Positions 27,046-42,340 of a stretch of 64,000 nt of DNA are shown here, piece after piece; within the stretch, counting starts at the first letter, position 1; each line of letters starts with the position of its first letter. The notes beneath the pieces were generated by a model. That model was given only the letters and a program-made list of their open reading frames with translations. It made no database searches and was not told where the DNA came from. A program made the translations under genes and the position numbers. The stretch is from contig OZ024743.1 of assembly GCA_964016885.1 (NCBI GenBank), positions 3,410,001 to 3,474,000 of the forward strand, given 5' to 3'. This stretch comes from Eledone cirrhosa (taxonomy: Eukaryota).

Positions 27046-27655
27046 TGGTGGCTGCCAACTCGTTTTCGAGTACGGCAACAACTTAATATCCATGTAGGAG
27101 AACCCCTATCGATGCACTGAACGAGTGTGACTTTTTAGTCCAGCCAGCGACTTAAAAACTCTGGTACAAACACTACACTTGTGACAATTATTGACACACA
27201 GTGCTGGGCCCATGGTACCATGTGACGACAAGTGCAGAGAGATCTCCAGATATAAAGCAATGCCTGTGCCGTGAAGCTTTTATAGTGAGCAAAGGCACTG
27301 CACAAAGCCAGTCCCACTCTCTTAACCAAGATGATATTTACCAAAAAGAAGAACAAGTCAACATCATTGGATACCATCAGGGTTGCAGGTGTTATATCAG
27401 AGTTTGCCTTCTCCTAGAATTCTGTCTTGACAAAGGCTAAGGGGTCATCTCTCCCTGTGATTTTGGATGGCCATTGACTCTTAAGAGCTCCTTTGCCCTT
27501 CTGACAGGTTTTGTTTTTAGTCCTGCAGGATGTCCAAAGTCATCCCCCTCACCAAGAAACCTTGGTGGGGTTGCCAGTTTAGTCGCCAACGACCCGACCA
27601 TGGGACAGGTTGTACTGGGATACATGTTACCAGTAGCACCAACTGGTGACCTGAC
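27046..27655 (-). mobile_element. Bipartite RTE derivative, longest copy
   Basis: Reverse complement of 5027-5637. Confidence 0.8.
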
Positions 27656-27665
27656 ATATACATAC

Positions 27666-27728
<63 letters not shown>

Positions 27729-27738
27729 CACATATATA

Positions 27739-27793
<55 letters not shown>

Positions 27794-27837
27794 AATAAGT
27801 ATACCCGGGTGTTTATGATTGTGAATAGAAGATTATA

Positions 27838-28201
27838 TTAATAAAAGAAATTCCAACTTTGTCTGATTTACTCGTTTTATTTACAATCCTTTAAAATTAT
27901 AATGGTATTAGAATGAAATAGTATGGTAGAATATTAAATGTTAAGTGTTAATTGAACAAGTACTTTCTTGCTTTTGCAGTCTTCAGGTTTATATTCTGTG
28001 GTGACAGTCAAGATTGCAATTTTTGCAAACTTGACTGTCACCACAGAATATGAACCTGAAAACTGCAAAAGCAAGAAAGTACTTGTTCAATTAACACTTA
28101 ACATTTAATATTCTACCATACTATTTCATTCTAATACCATTATAAATTTAAAGGATTGTAAATAAAACGAGTAAATCAGACCAAGTTGGAATTCCGTTTA
28201 T

Positions 28202-28205
<4 letters not shown>
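27838..28205. mobile_element. Large fold-back element with an HHR in each arm (27955-27989 minus; 28051-28089 plus)
   Basis: Arms of about 180 bp, apex near 28021; aac CTGAAGA c-tgc-aaaa-gca-a GAAA gtac TT gtt. Confidence 0.85.
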
Positions 28206-28271
<66 letters not shown>

Positions 28272-28865
28272 TACATATATACATATACATATATATATAT
28301 ACCTATACATATATATATAGGTATAGGTGTATATATATATATATTATATACCTACACTTATACATATGTATATACACACCTATATATATATATATATATA
28401 GACACATATATACACACATATATACACATATATATATACACACACACACATATATATACATATACATATATATATATATACCTATACATCTACACACACA
28501 CATATATATATATACATCGTTCACACATATATACATGCATGTATGTATACGTGTGTATATGTATATAAACTGATTATTTTCTCGTTCAGGCCTTAGCCAT
28601 GGATTCAGAATCTTAATAAATTAGCCACAAAACCATTGACATATAAAGTATATGTTGTTATAGACTCTTGTCAAACAAACTATAAACTCACGGATTGACA
28701 TATTACAAACATTGATTGGGAATAACGGAAATAAATCGATTTTTTTTTTCAATTTCCTGAACGTAATTGTATTGTACTTATTTGAAAATGTATATATATA
28801 TATACATACATATACATATATACGTATATATATATGTATATAAGTATATGTATGTATGTATATAC

Positions 28866-28916
<51 letters not shown>

Positions 28917-28917
<1 letters not shown>

Positions 28918-29072
28918 TTATTAAAATAACAGATTAAAGTTTAAGCATAGAATCGCTGCTTTCACCCTTAACGGGATGGGATCTTTTTGCTCTACGGTTC
29001 TTATATATTTGATATATATTTATCCTTATCGAACCCCCTTTGGATTTTAGTCTTCAAATTTATTATTATTAC
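28917..29072. mobile_element. Family P2 copy, inversion plus deletion
   Basis: Inverted arm joined at gggatgggatc directly to the P2 tail. Confidence 0.75.
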
Positions 29073-29130
29073 TACATATATGTATATATATATGTATATA
29101 TATGTATATGTGTATATATATATGTATATA

Positions 29131-29990
29131 TATAAATTACACAAGTATCAAAGTTAATGTTCAAATCAATTAATCGCTGACAATTGTTTCTTCCAAACTT
29201 TAGTTTAGTTTAGAGTCATCGGAGCATTATCAATCTTTGTACATATAATTAACCTCCTATCCAACTGAACAATCATATAGATACATATATATATTGATGT
29301 TGTGAACAACAGTTTAGTATTTACAGGGTGTAATGGATGTGACATATATTATACGAGAATTGTACAATAATTAAAATTAAAATTAAAAGAATAGAGTGGA
29401 GTACATGCGACAGATAATACAAGAGAATAGTCTAATAATTAAAGAAGCAATGAGAATGAAGTACATATTCAAGCGTTTTAATTTTAATTATTGTTCAATT
29501 CTCGTATAAAATATGTCGCATTCATACATTCGACAGATAATACAAGAGAATAGTCTAATAATTAAAGAGGCTATGAGAATGAAGTACATATTCAAGCGTT
29601 TTAATTTTAATTTTAATTTTAATTATTGTACAATTCTCGTATAATATATGTCACATCCATTACACCCTGTAAATACTAAACTGTTGTTCACAACATCAAT
29701 ATATATATGTATCTATATGATTGTTCAGTTGGATAGGAGGTTAATTATATGTACAAAGATTGATAATGCTCCGATGACTCTAAACTAAACTAAAGTTTGG
29801 AAGAAACAATTGTCAGCGATTAATTGATTTGAACATTAACTTTGATACTTGTGTAATTTATATTCCTGCTCTGTAAAACACCTGATGTTCCTACATTGAG
29901 CTATTTCTCTTACTTGTAATAAGGTAGTAATAAATTACTGACCTTTCCTGTTTATAGTTGTTTATATGGTATAAGTATATACATAACTAT
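29131..29990 (+). mobile_element. Truncated PLE with inverted pLTR; HHR at 29768-29817 (plus) and 29176-29225 (minus)
   Basis: Inverted arms of about 255 bp; spacer encodes LIIKEAMRMK..RFN (GIY-YIG C-terminal-like), duplicated; gct CCGATGA c-tctaaact..agtttgga-a GAAA caattg TC agc. Confidence 0.85.
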
Positions 29991-30047
29991 AAATAGTATC
30001 ATTATTATTATGTATGTATGTATGTATGTATGTATGTATGTATGTAT

Positions 30048-30625
30048 ACATGTATCCCAGTACAGCCTGTCTCATGGTCGGGTCGTTGGCGACTAAACTG
30101 GCAACCCCACCAAGGTTTCTTGGTGAGGAGGGTGACTTTGGACATCCTGCAGGACTAAAAACAAAACCTGTCAAAGGGCAAAGGAGCTCTTAAGAGTCAA
30201 TGGCCATCCAAAATCACCGGGAGAGATGACCCCTTAGCCTTTGTCAAGGCAGAATTCAAGGAGAAGGAAAACTCTGATATAACACCTGCAACTCTGATGG
30301 TATACAAAGATGTTGACTTGTTCTTCTTTTTGGTAAATATCATCTTGGTTAAGAGAGTGGGACTGGCTTTGTGCACTGCCTTTGGTCACTATAAAAGCTT
30401 CACGGCACAGGCATTGCTTTATATCTGGAGATCTCTCTGCACTTGCCGTCACATGTTACCATGAGCCCAGCACTATGTGTCAATAATTGTCACAAGTGTA
30501 GTGTTTGTACCAGAGTTTTCAAGTCGCTGGTTGGACTAAAATGTGACACTCGTTCAGTGCATCCGTAGGGGTTCTCCTACATGGATATAAAGTAGTGGCC
30601 GTACTCGAAAACGGGTTGACAGCCA

Positions 30626-30629
<4 letters not shown>
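30048..30629 (+). mobile_element. Bipartite RTE derivative
   Basis: Matches 5053-5637. Confidence 0.8.
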
Positions 30630-30711
<82 letters not shown>

Positions 30712-30762
30712 TTATATATATGTGTGTATATGTATGTGTGTGTATATGTGTGTATATGTATG

Positions 30763-30833
<71 letters not shown>

Positions 30834-31269
30834 ATATATGTGTATATATGTATATATATATATATATATGTGTGTGTGTATATGTATATATATATGTGTA
30901 TATATGTATATGTGTGTATATGTGTATATATATGTATATATATATATATATGTATATATGTATATATGTGTATATATGTATATATGAATATATGTATATA
31001 TATGAATATGTGTGTATATATATATATATACACATATATAATATATACACATATATATATACATATACACATATATACATATACACATACACATATATAC
31101 ATATACATATACACATATATATATATACACATATATATATACACACATATATATATATACACATATATATATACAAATACACATATATATACATATAATA
31201 CACATATATACACACACATATATATATATATATACATACATTTATATACATAGGTATATATACATACGC

Positions 31270-31304
<35 letters not shown>

Positions 31305-31412
31305 CACACACACTATACATACACACATACATATACATATATATACACACACATATACATATATATATACACATATACATATATATAGATATATATATAT
31401 ACATATATATAC

Positions 31413-31445
<33 letters not shown>

Positions 31446-31681
31446 CATATATATATACATATACATATACATATATATATATACATATACATATACATAT
31501 ATATATATACATATATGCATATATATATACATATACATATATATACATATATATATATATGTGTGTATATATATATATACATATATATATATATGATATA
31601 TATATATATATATATATAAAATATATATATATACACACAGATATATATATATATATACAATTGTATTGTACTTATTTGAAA

Positions 31682-31753
<72 letters not shown>

Positions 31754-31995
31754 TTATCTGAAAATGTATATATACTTTTTCAAATAATTACAATACAATT
31801 ACGTTGAGGAAACTGAAAGAAAAAATCGATCTATTTACGTTAATAGCTATTAATAGAGAAGGATGGACAGAGAAATGAACTCCCTTCTCTGAATGAACAT
31901 ATATGTGAAATTCATTTTTCTTCCCCTTTTTATTTTTATTATAATGTTATCACTATTTGTACAAATATGCAACTTAACAATATTTTCTGCATATC

Positions 31996-32035
31996 TGCAA
32001 TTGACAATGCACATAATGCTGAAACCGGTATTGTA
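31996..32035 (+). ncRNA. Degenerate minimal hammerhead
   Basis: tgcaa TTGACAA t-gca-cataa-tgc-t GAAA ccgg TA ttgta. Confidence 0.6.
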
Positions 32036-32124
32036 AATAAATTAAGGTTTTGATATTTCACTCAAAAAAATCTCTTCAACATTTTCTACTGAAAAAATCT
32101 TTTTCTTTTCTACTATTTGTTTAT

Positions 32125-32209
<85 letters not shown>

Positions 32210-32366
32210 GTAAGTATGTATGCATACGTACAGTAGCACGCATATATATATATATACACATATGCATACAGGTACACATACATATATGCACGCATACATA
32301 CTTACATTTAAGTAAGTGTCATACTAAGAGTGAGAAATGAAATTTCGTATTCATTTTTTTTCAACT

Positions 32367-32426
<60 letters not shown>

Positions 32427-32429
32427 AAT

Positions 32430-32626
<197 letters not shown>

Positions 32627-32688
32627 ACTCTGCCATGTATTGAGTACCTTACTTACTGTGGTTATCCCCGACTCAACCCGGGACCTAC

Positions 32689-32741
<53 letters not shown>

Positions 32742-32786
32742 TACACATATACATATATACATACATATATACATATACATATATAC

Positions 32787-33625
32787 ATTCTGGGGCGGGT
32801 AAAATCCCGAGATCCATGGACGAGTTCTCTCCAGCGGTCTCTGTCCATCATTATCGCTGCCATATCCTGCGTCTCCAACAGACCAGTGTCTGTCCTTAGG
32901 GCATCAACATACGTTAACCTTGGTCTTCCTCTTCCAGTGTGTCCATGTAGGGGCTTCCACAGGAGCACTGAGTGCACTGTCAACTCTGGATGTCGGTGAG
33001 CATGTCCAGCTAACCTTAGTCTCCTCCGTGTCACTTTTGAGCTGACTTTTGGGAGGCTCCCATACAGCTTTGAGTTTTTCATCCTCAGCATTCTCGTGTA
33101 GCACCCATGCACCATCTGAGTGAGTTTCTTGGTCAGTGTCCAAGTCTCAGACCCGTACAGCAGCACAGACTCCACTACAGCAATGAAGAGGCGGATTCTC
33201 ACGTCTTTACGAGGGTCCGACTTCCACACTGATCTCAAGCTGTGGCATGCCGCCCAGTCTTTGCTCTTCCTCTCAACCACATTATCTTCCGTATTCCCAA
33301 TCTTTGCACCTAAATACAGGAAGTCCTCAACCAATTCCAGCGGCTTCCCGCCTACATTAGTGATCCCCTCTGGCTTCTCAACATTCTCTACCAGATATTT
33401 TGTTTTAGTCTCATTCATTCTCAGCCCCACACTCATCGACACAGTCTCCACCTCCTCCATCAACCCCTCTCCCTCCTTCACTGTATTTGTCACCAAAACT
33501 ATGTCGTCGGCAAATTCAGCATCCGATACCTTTTTCGCCCTAACTCTCCTGCTCTGAGCCGGTGCCACAGTAAAGCCAGAGTCCCGGTGTTTCTCCAGTG
33601 CAAGGCGCATACAATAGTCCACTAC
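32787..33625 (-). mobile_element. RTE-clade LINE 3' part (second family) within (TA)n
   Basis: [44 protein letters not shown]. Confidence 0.9.
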
Positions 33626-33691
33626 ACACACACATATATATATATATACATATATATACATACATATATACATATATACATACATATATAC

Positions 33692-33724
<33 letters not shown>

Positions 33725-33894
33725 CATACATATATACATACATATATACATATATACATACATATATACATATATACATACATATATACATATATACATA
33801 CATATATACATATATACATACATATATACATACATATATACATATATACATATATACATACATATATACATATATACATACATATATACAATAT

Positions 33895-33940
<46 letters not shown>

Positions 33941-34066
33941 ATATACATATACATATATATATACGTATATATATACATATATATACATATATACATATAT
34001 ATATATACACATAAATATACATATACATATATATATATATATATACAGACATATATATATATATAT

Positions 34067-34322
34067 ATGATGAAGCGACATGCGCCGATTGTGCATTGTT
34101 GCATAATAAATGCAGACAGTGGATGCTGTGTACTATATTGGTGCAATAAGTGTGGCCGAAATTCGAGTACGGGTATAGTTTGAAGGTACCCATTTCCGTG
34201 TGTTGTATTGAAGCAAATAACTATGTCTACTCTGGGATTTTTACCTAACATTACCTATTGAGTACGCTGAGAAGCAACCGGTACTAGCAGTGAAACTTAT
34301 GCTAGTCCCGTCAACTTATTAT
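34067..34322 (+). mobile_element. pLTR-like fragment starting within an HHR core with long stem II
   Basis: (TA)n-TGATGA a-gc.acat-gcgccgat...attggtgc..gtgtggc-c GAAA ttcgag TA. Confidence 0.6.
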
Positions 34323-34373
34323 TATATATAATATTTATATTTATTATATATAACACATATATAAAGACAGATG

Positions 34374-34541
34374 AATTGGCAGCATCGGAAGAGCATCAGA
34401 AACCATGCTATACAGCATAGAGTTATGGCCCTTTACGTTCTGAGTTTAACTTTGCCTTTCATCCTTACGGGGGTCGATAAAATAAAGTACCAGTAATACA
34501 CTGGGATAATTGCTGGCCTTGTGCCAAAAGTAGAAACAATT
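34374..34541 (+). mobile_element. SINE A
   Basis: Conserved SINE A body. Confidence 0.8.
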
Positions 34542-34830
34542 ATATATAATATATATATATGAAGTATAATTATCTGTATTTATATATATAAATATTGATA
34601 TATAACATATATATATATATATATATCATATTTATTATATATAACATATAATATATATATAATAGTCATTATATATAACACATATATATATTTGTTATAT
34701 ATAACATAATATATATATTATATTCATTATATATATAACACATATATATATTATATTTGTTATATATAACATATAATTTGTATATTATATTTATTATATA
34801 TAACATATAATATGTATTTATATAAACATA

Positions 34831-35342
34831 TCTATATATATAAAGTTGTAGTTCCTGTTTGTTTATCTGTTCACGAACTCCTCCTATGGTTTTGGAGATA
34901 GACCCCCATAACCATATATATTCCAGAGTACTTGGATAAATATATTTCATTTTAATCTAAGGGTTTCCCCGGAGGCACGAACCCCCGCATAATGGGGGTT
35001 AAACCGCCTATTAGGGTTACCCGGGGACACAAACTGAAGATTTTATGGAATTTAAACCATAGGCAAATGACAAGATATGATGCCTGTTCACAAGAGTTAT
35101 GAATTCATATTTTGAAAAAAATTTACAATAAAAAAAAATAAGAATAAGAATAAGATTTAATGTAATATTGATTTGATATATTACAAAAAATAATGGTTTC
35201 CAAAATTTTCATGCATTACATTTTACATTGAGTAATATTGAAATGCAGAGTTTTTCTCCATAAATTACATCACTGATTTTAAATCAATCATTTTCTTACA
35301 AAATAAATGTGAAACGAAGCAAGGCGCGGGTAATTCGGCTAG
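34831..35342 (+). mobile_element. Non-autonomous Helitron-like element
   Basis: 5' A|TCTATATATATAAA..gtttgttt; 3' GC-rich gcaaggcgcgggtaattcgg-CTAG|T. Confidence 0.6.
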
Positions 35343-35360
35343 TATATATATGTATATATG

Positions 35361-35464
<104 letters not shown>

Positions 35465-35527
35465 GTAGCTATAATCATATATATTGATATATACATACAT
35501 ATATAGATATACACATATGTATATACA

Positions 35528-35561
<34 letters not shown>

Positions 35562-35699
35562 CATATATATATATACACATATGTATATATATATATACAC
35601 ACATATATATATATATACATACAACATATATATATACACATACATACAACATATATATATATACATACATACATACATACATATGTATATGTATATGTA

Positions 35700-35740
<41 letters not shown>

Positions 35741-35795
35741 CGGCGATGAATTAGTTTTGCGAGGTTTTTTATATGAAATCGTGTGTCGAAACAAA

Positions 35796-36170
35796 TATTG
35801 TTATACTTGGGGAGGGTCATATTTGTGTAATATTGCCAGAATTAATAACAGAACACACTCACTGTTTGGTTGGTTTTCGCTTCTCGCTGTCTTTTATATC
35901 TGCGATCTAACTTACTCGGTCCTCAATGTTGTCATTGACTGACCGACGGTCAAAAATAATACAGATACAATATAGACACAAACACATATATATAGTTTAT
36001 CATAAATCTTTCGTTGCACATCTGCAACATCGTCAGTGGTGTTATATTTTCCTCCTGTTGTGTTGTATGTCTACGCCATTTTTATTCAGTCTGTCTATAT
36101 ATCAGTGAGTGTGTTCTGTTATTAATTCTGGCAATATTACACAAATATGACCCTCCCCAAGTATAACAAT
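35796..36170. mobile_element. PLE pLTR with inverted termini of about 68 bp
   Basis: attgttatacttggggagggtcat...cactg at both ends; the same motif ends the PLE at 10395. Confidence 0.8.
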
Positions 36171-36192
36171 ATATATATATACATATATATAT

Positions 36193-36231
<39 letters not shown>

Positions 36232-36815
36232 AATATATACATATACATATATATATAAGATAAAAACACTTGAGTGCATTAGAGTCAAACACTCATCGCA
36301 TTAGAGAAATGACAGTACAAGAGATAGCTCAATGTTATCAAACAGAGCCGAACATTTTTTTATATACATACATATATATATATATATATATTTATATACA
36401 TATACATATAACTATATACATATCTATATATATATAAATATACATATATATAACTATATACATATATGTAATATATATATACATATATATATATAATATA
36501 TAAATACATAAATATATAATATATATACAACATATAACTATATACATATCATATATATACATATATATAATATACATACATATATATATATAATATATAC
36601 ATAATATACATATATATAATATATATATACACATATATATGATATACATATATATAATAATATACATATATATATTATATATATAACATATCTATATTAT
36701 ATATATAACATATATGTATATATATAACATATCTATATACATACATATTTATATATATACATATATATACAATATAATACATATTTATATATATATATAT
36801 ATATATACATATATT

Positions 36816-36858
<43 letters not shown>

Positions 36859-36939
36859 TTGTATATATATACATATATATAGTGCTGAGTGTTACTTATG
36901 AGATATTTGCATTGCTTTATTGTGCTACAATAAAACACC

Positions 36940-37028
<89 letters not shown>

Positions 37029-37234
37029 ATATATATATATATATATGTGTACATATATATCATATTTATATATTATATTTATATAATATATATATATATA
37101 TTACATTTATATAATATAAATATATATTATTTATATTATATTTATATAATATATATTTATATATTATATGTATGATATACATATATTTATTATATGTATG
37201 CATAATATATATACATATATTTATATATGATATA

Positions 37235-37416
37235 TACGTTATTCCGGGTTGAATCGGAGGTAACCACAGTAAGTAAGGTACTCAATATATTGCAGAGTAT
37301 AAAAGTTTTAATATAGATGAGATTCTACAGGACTAGAACTGTTTCATTCTTTAGAAATAATCCTGATGATTTCTAAAGAATGAAACAGTTCTAGTCCTGT
37401 AGAATCTCATCTATAT
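37235..37416 (-). mobile_element. Fold-back element, family P3, apex at the HHR core
   Basis: Palindrome 37311-37416; CTGATGA at 37363, t-ttct-aa-agaa-t GAAA cagttc; relatives at 32623-32692, 61273-61320 and 16570-16635. Confidence 0.8.
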
Positions 37417-37675
37417 ATGATATATATATATAGACAAATAAGTTTGTTTTGAAACAGCAACCGAATTTGAAAATAGAAATAGAAATTTCCGCCGTATTTT
37501 TGACTAAAGAAATGTTAAGCCTAATTGTCGGGTTTAGAACCAATAGAGGGGTTTAGAACCCTCTAAGAAATGGAAAAAGATGAGTATTGTCATACACACG
37601 TTCATAAAAAATACGGCGATTGCTTTTATTTCTATTTTAATGTATATATCATATTATATATAATATATATCATAT

Positions 37676-37703
<28 letters not shown>

Positions 37704-37706
<3 letters not shown>

Positions 37707-37904
37707 GGAAAATATTAGACTCCGACGGCAGAGCTGAAGCCGTTTCGACGGCTATTTCTGGACGCTGCGTCTAGAAATAGCCGTCGAAACGGTTTGAGCT
37801 CTGCCGTCGGAGTCTAACACTTTCCTATTACCGACTGTACTACCCTAAGCATTGAGTACTCTGGTACGTTATGGTCCATCTGGTTCCTTACCACACCTCC
37901 GTTT
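37704..37904 (+). mobile_element. Fold-back element, family P1
   Basis: Palindrome 37704-37828 with apex at 37766. Confidence 0.85.
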
Positions 37905-38713
37905 ATATGTATGTATGTATGTATGTATTTTATTTTGCGTTATACCAGTTCAAAATGCATCAAAAATTTCGCCGGAGAAGTGGAAAAAATCTGAAAAATT
38001 AAGTGTTGGTGGTGGTGGTGGTGGTGGTGGGGGTTATTGGAGATCCGAGAGTAGAAAGAAATTCTAACGTTTCGGGAATTCAATTGAGAGAACAATCGGT
38101 CTTACAAACAATTCTAGTGCTTTTTTTCTTTTTACTAGAGTGGAAAGGACCCAAAGTGAAAAATCAATTCTTCTCTCCTGCTGGCCATAGAAACAACCTT
38201 AGTATTTTTCATCTTTGTTGGTGGGCAAAGGACCCGAAATATTCCCGAAATATTAAGTCAAACTAACAATATTAAAAAATAAACTCTGGCCTTCTGCACG
38301 TGAAAATGAATGAATGGAAAGGATGAATGAATGGAAGTTAGCAGACTAAAACTGTGGTGTTTATTGTTGCGGTAATGTGGTGGAGGTAGTGATAAAGATG
38401 ATGAGGATAATGGCTCTTCTTTCTTTTAATTGATAAAATAAACATATATTCAAATAACATAAAGGGAAAAAATAACGAACAGAACTCTTACCTTGAATTG
38501 ACGATCTGAAGATATATAATGCGTTGGTGTATCTCAGACATGTGGGTGTATATATACATATAGTGGGCATATGTAACAATATATATAATATAATATATAA
38601 CGTAATATAATATAATATAATATAATATAATATAATATATAATGTAATATAATATAATATAATATATAATGTAATATAATATAATATAATATAATATAAT
38701 ATAATATAATATA

Positions 38714-38807
<94 letters not shown>

Positions 38808-40253
38808 CTGTGATACTAAATTTCTCCCTCAAAGGAGAAATTTATGAAAGGGAGAATATGTCAATATAATAAGGTTTCCTTTTTCTGTAGGTTCAGGTGT
38901 TTTAAAGAATATCGAATTTTCTTTCCTTTCATATATTTGATTTTCTCCATTAGTTTCCTTTATTTTCTTATAGTTTGTAGTGGTGTCATCCAATGAACTG
39001 TGAGTATCTTATTAATATAAAATATCTATTATATCATGCAGTGATGTCTTTTTTATGCATATAAGGAGTAGGAGCGAGGTGTGTTTTTGTATGTGTTTAG
39101 GAGTATCTGTGTATGTCAGTTAATTATAAATAAATATATGAATATGAATTATTACATGCGTGCGTATATTTACAATGTATATATATATATATATAAATGT
39201 TAATGAAAAGACATTATGGGCTTTTTTCTTTTCTCATAACCTCAAAAACTGATTTCAAAATCATGTGTCTATCGGTTTGTAAAAAGTATATAAGTATAAG
39301 CATACACGAAACAACTGTCCACTCTGTACAATTCATAAACTTCTAGTAAATCTATTTTCTGCTAAGTTGATTGATAGTAAGAGCTGATCTATATAAAAAT
39401 ATATAGGTGTGTTTCAGCCCGTACATCTACAACTGCTGTGATTGGTAGCCTGCCTTTTTCTCCTTAAATTTGAAACGCTCATTATTATTATCAGTGGCTT
39501 TTATTTACTTTTTCCTTCGGTATCTCTTCTGTTATTTTTATTTTGTGCTTTTTACTTTCGTTTCATAGTAGTGGCAATTGTAGTGGAGTGGGAGAGTGAT
39601 GGTTTCGTCGGTAATGACAGTTAATGTTATGGTATTGGAGGTGGGTGGGTGCGGAAGCAGTTATATTAAGTGCTGGTGGCGATAGAGATTGGAGTAGTGA
39701 TGATGGTGGAAATGAGAGCGGCGGAAGTGGTATCGTGGAGTTGGAGGCTGGAGGTGTTGTGTTGAAGTAGTTATTCTTTTCAGTCGTCGTCATAGTTGTC
39801 ATAGAGTTGTTTGCTGTGATTGGCTGACAGTTCAGTGTGCGCACATGTGTATCTATGTGTATCTATGTGTATCTATGTGTATGTCTGTGTGACCACTTGA
39901 TTTCCTAGATTTACGAGTAAATTTGTAACCAATCGTTAAGTGGATGTTTAGTAGTTGTGGTGGTTTAATGGTAGTGATGACGATGAAGGAGATGAGATAA
40001 TGAGAAATGTGGTGAAGATACCTTCCGTCAGATTCGATCGATCATACTTATGATCGAAGACATTCCAGTAGTGACAACCCCGTCTTTTCTCGTTTTATAG
40101 AAAAGTCTGAACCAGATTATTATCCAACGTTAGAATTCGGATGTGTATGTATGTTCGTTAGACCTGACAACCTCGAAAAATCCCCAAAAGGAGTACCATG
40201 AAAAAAGTGCCCTAAAACGGGGAGAAATGAGGCAAAATGGGGAGATTTTACAT

Positions 40254-40370
40254 AATTGTTTCTACTTTAGGCACAAGGCCAGCAAATACCCAGTACATTA
40301 CTGGTACTTTATTTTATCGACCCCGTAAGGATGAAAGGCAAAGTCAACCTCGGCGGGATTTGAACTCAGA
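40254..40370 (-). mobile_element. SINE A 3' part
   Basis: Conserved SINE A body. Confidence 0.8.
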
Positions 40371-41074
40371 TTTTACATAATGAAAGCTATACCTATTTTC
40401 ACAAGAGAAGACATCTCTCACCCACCCCAAAGTGGGTGGGAGATCTCCCGTTGACACAGGGGGGGGGGGGGGTATTAAATACCAGCTTAGAAATATATAT
40501 ATTTCTGTGTTTATTACTCCTTCAGAAGTTCTAATTGAAAGATTATATTAAAATGCCGGTGGCGTTTGCGAAATCTAAATTTCACGTCATGGACGAGGGA
40601 TTGAGAGATTCGCTTCGCAATCTCGAGGACTCGTTTTCCAGTTTCACTGCGTGACATCATCTTTATTATAACCACGAGTTGACCAAAGCCTTGTAAAGCT
40701 TTGTCGACAGAAACAGTATGGAAGCCTATTGAGTGGACTGTACCAGTAATTCAGATGTCCAGCTATGTCACATAATTTCACGCTGATTTTGGCTGAGAAT
40801 TACGTTAAGGGTAAGACAGGCCTTCGGATGTACATGGCCCTCTATTGAAATATATATTTCAATAGGTTATGTGTACCTGACGCGTTGAGAGAGGATTACT
40901 CTAGCCTGGGTTTCAAATGAGAATTTGTCTAACTGTTTAAGAGTGGTTAAATGTCTGTGGAATACTCAAACAATTACACGTTAATTTGCAAGCTGAATGT
41001 TCAGTTAATCGCACGACTGAATTCTCATAGTAGAAACAAAAGAGGATCCATCACCATTATTTAACGTCTGTAAG

Positions 41075-41302
41075 GACTGTGGATTGACAGAATCGGTAGA
41101 TCATCGGATAATATGCTTAGTGGCATAGAGTTACGGTCCTTTACATTCTGAGTTCAAATCCCCCCCGAGGTTAGCTTTGCCTTTCCTCCTTACGAGGTCG
41201 ATAAAATATAATACCAGTCACGTACTGAGGTCGATTAAATCGACCCCGCCCCTAAAAAAACAACAACAAATTGTTGGCCTTGTACCTGAATAAAAAACCA
41301 TT
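41075..41302 (+). mobile_element. SINE A, long-tail variant
   Basis: A and B boxes, body, gtcgattaaatcgac. Confidence 0.8.
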
Positions 41303-41625
41303 AATTAACGACTGTTTTCAGTGCTAGCAAGGGTGAAAAGGGTCCTTATAGGCCAAATCAGTACTTAATCGAAGCTACTAACCTCTCAGACACTAGTGGA
41401 GGTTGCCATGTCTTATACACAACTGAAGAGTCCTCTCAGCCTTATTTTAGGCGAATTTATCTTTTGAATTCAGTTATTCATATATTGCTTTTTCTGAGCC
41501 CTCTTTTACAACTCTTTGCGATCAAACGTTTAAGATATATTGATCAATAATTTCCTGCAAGATTTATTTCTCCGTTTTTGGAAATTAGAATAATGCTTCC
41601 ATTGAGAATGTCTATGGATGGATAT

Positions 41626-42179
41626 ACAGAGTGTTCCAAAAGTATATGTCATATTACGACACTTTATATCTTAGTAACTATTGAGGATATCAAAACAATT
41701 TACATTTCCTGAAAGCTAATATTTTCAAGTTTCTGTACAAAAAGATTGATTACAAAAGTGCAAGAAATTAATTTATTATTAAACTTTTTTTTTAGATGTG
41801 TTCAATGTGCGCGCCGCGGGTTACACGACACATCCAAACAATAATTCATTTCTTCCCAAACACGACCTAGCATCGCGTTGTCGATGGTTGTCAAGGCTTT
41901 AGTTATTCGAGTCTTCATGTCATCCCCGTCTCTGGGAAGGAGAAGTACGTACACCAAGCCTTTTGCATACCCCCAGAGGAAGAAGTCACATGGCGTGAGG
42001 TCTGGAGACCTAGGGCCCCATCCCAGGAGTATGCTATCAGTTCGTCCGGAACGTCCGATTAATCTGTCAGACAGAAAACTTTACGATCTTAGCTTTTAAA
42101 TAGTACCAGTTTCATCTTGCTACCATTTATAGTTATATGAGTTCTGAGAGTGTGACATATACTTTTGTAACACCCAGTA
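41626..42179 (-). mobile_element. Internally deleted Tc1/mariner-type element with TIRs
   Basis: ta-cagagtgttccaaaagtatatgtca / tgacatatacttttgtaacacccag-ta; encodes PRSPDLTPCDFFLWGYAK. Confidence 0.85.
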
Positions 42180-42296
42180 TTCTTGAATCTACTGAGCTTC
42201 GAAACATGATTTGTAACTAATTCATGTTTACAGTTTGTTAATATCTATGTTTTTCGGATGATCTTTATTCTTAATTGAAGAATTATTCAATCTGAA

Positions 42297-42337
<41 letters not shown>

Positions 42338-42340
<3 letters not shown>

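Noticed and set aside
39563-39844. Pro/Thr-rich minus-strand ORF
   Set aside because: Low-complexity (GGT/GAT)-like sequence with no domain or splice support.
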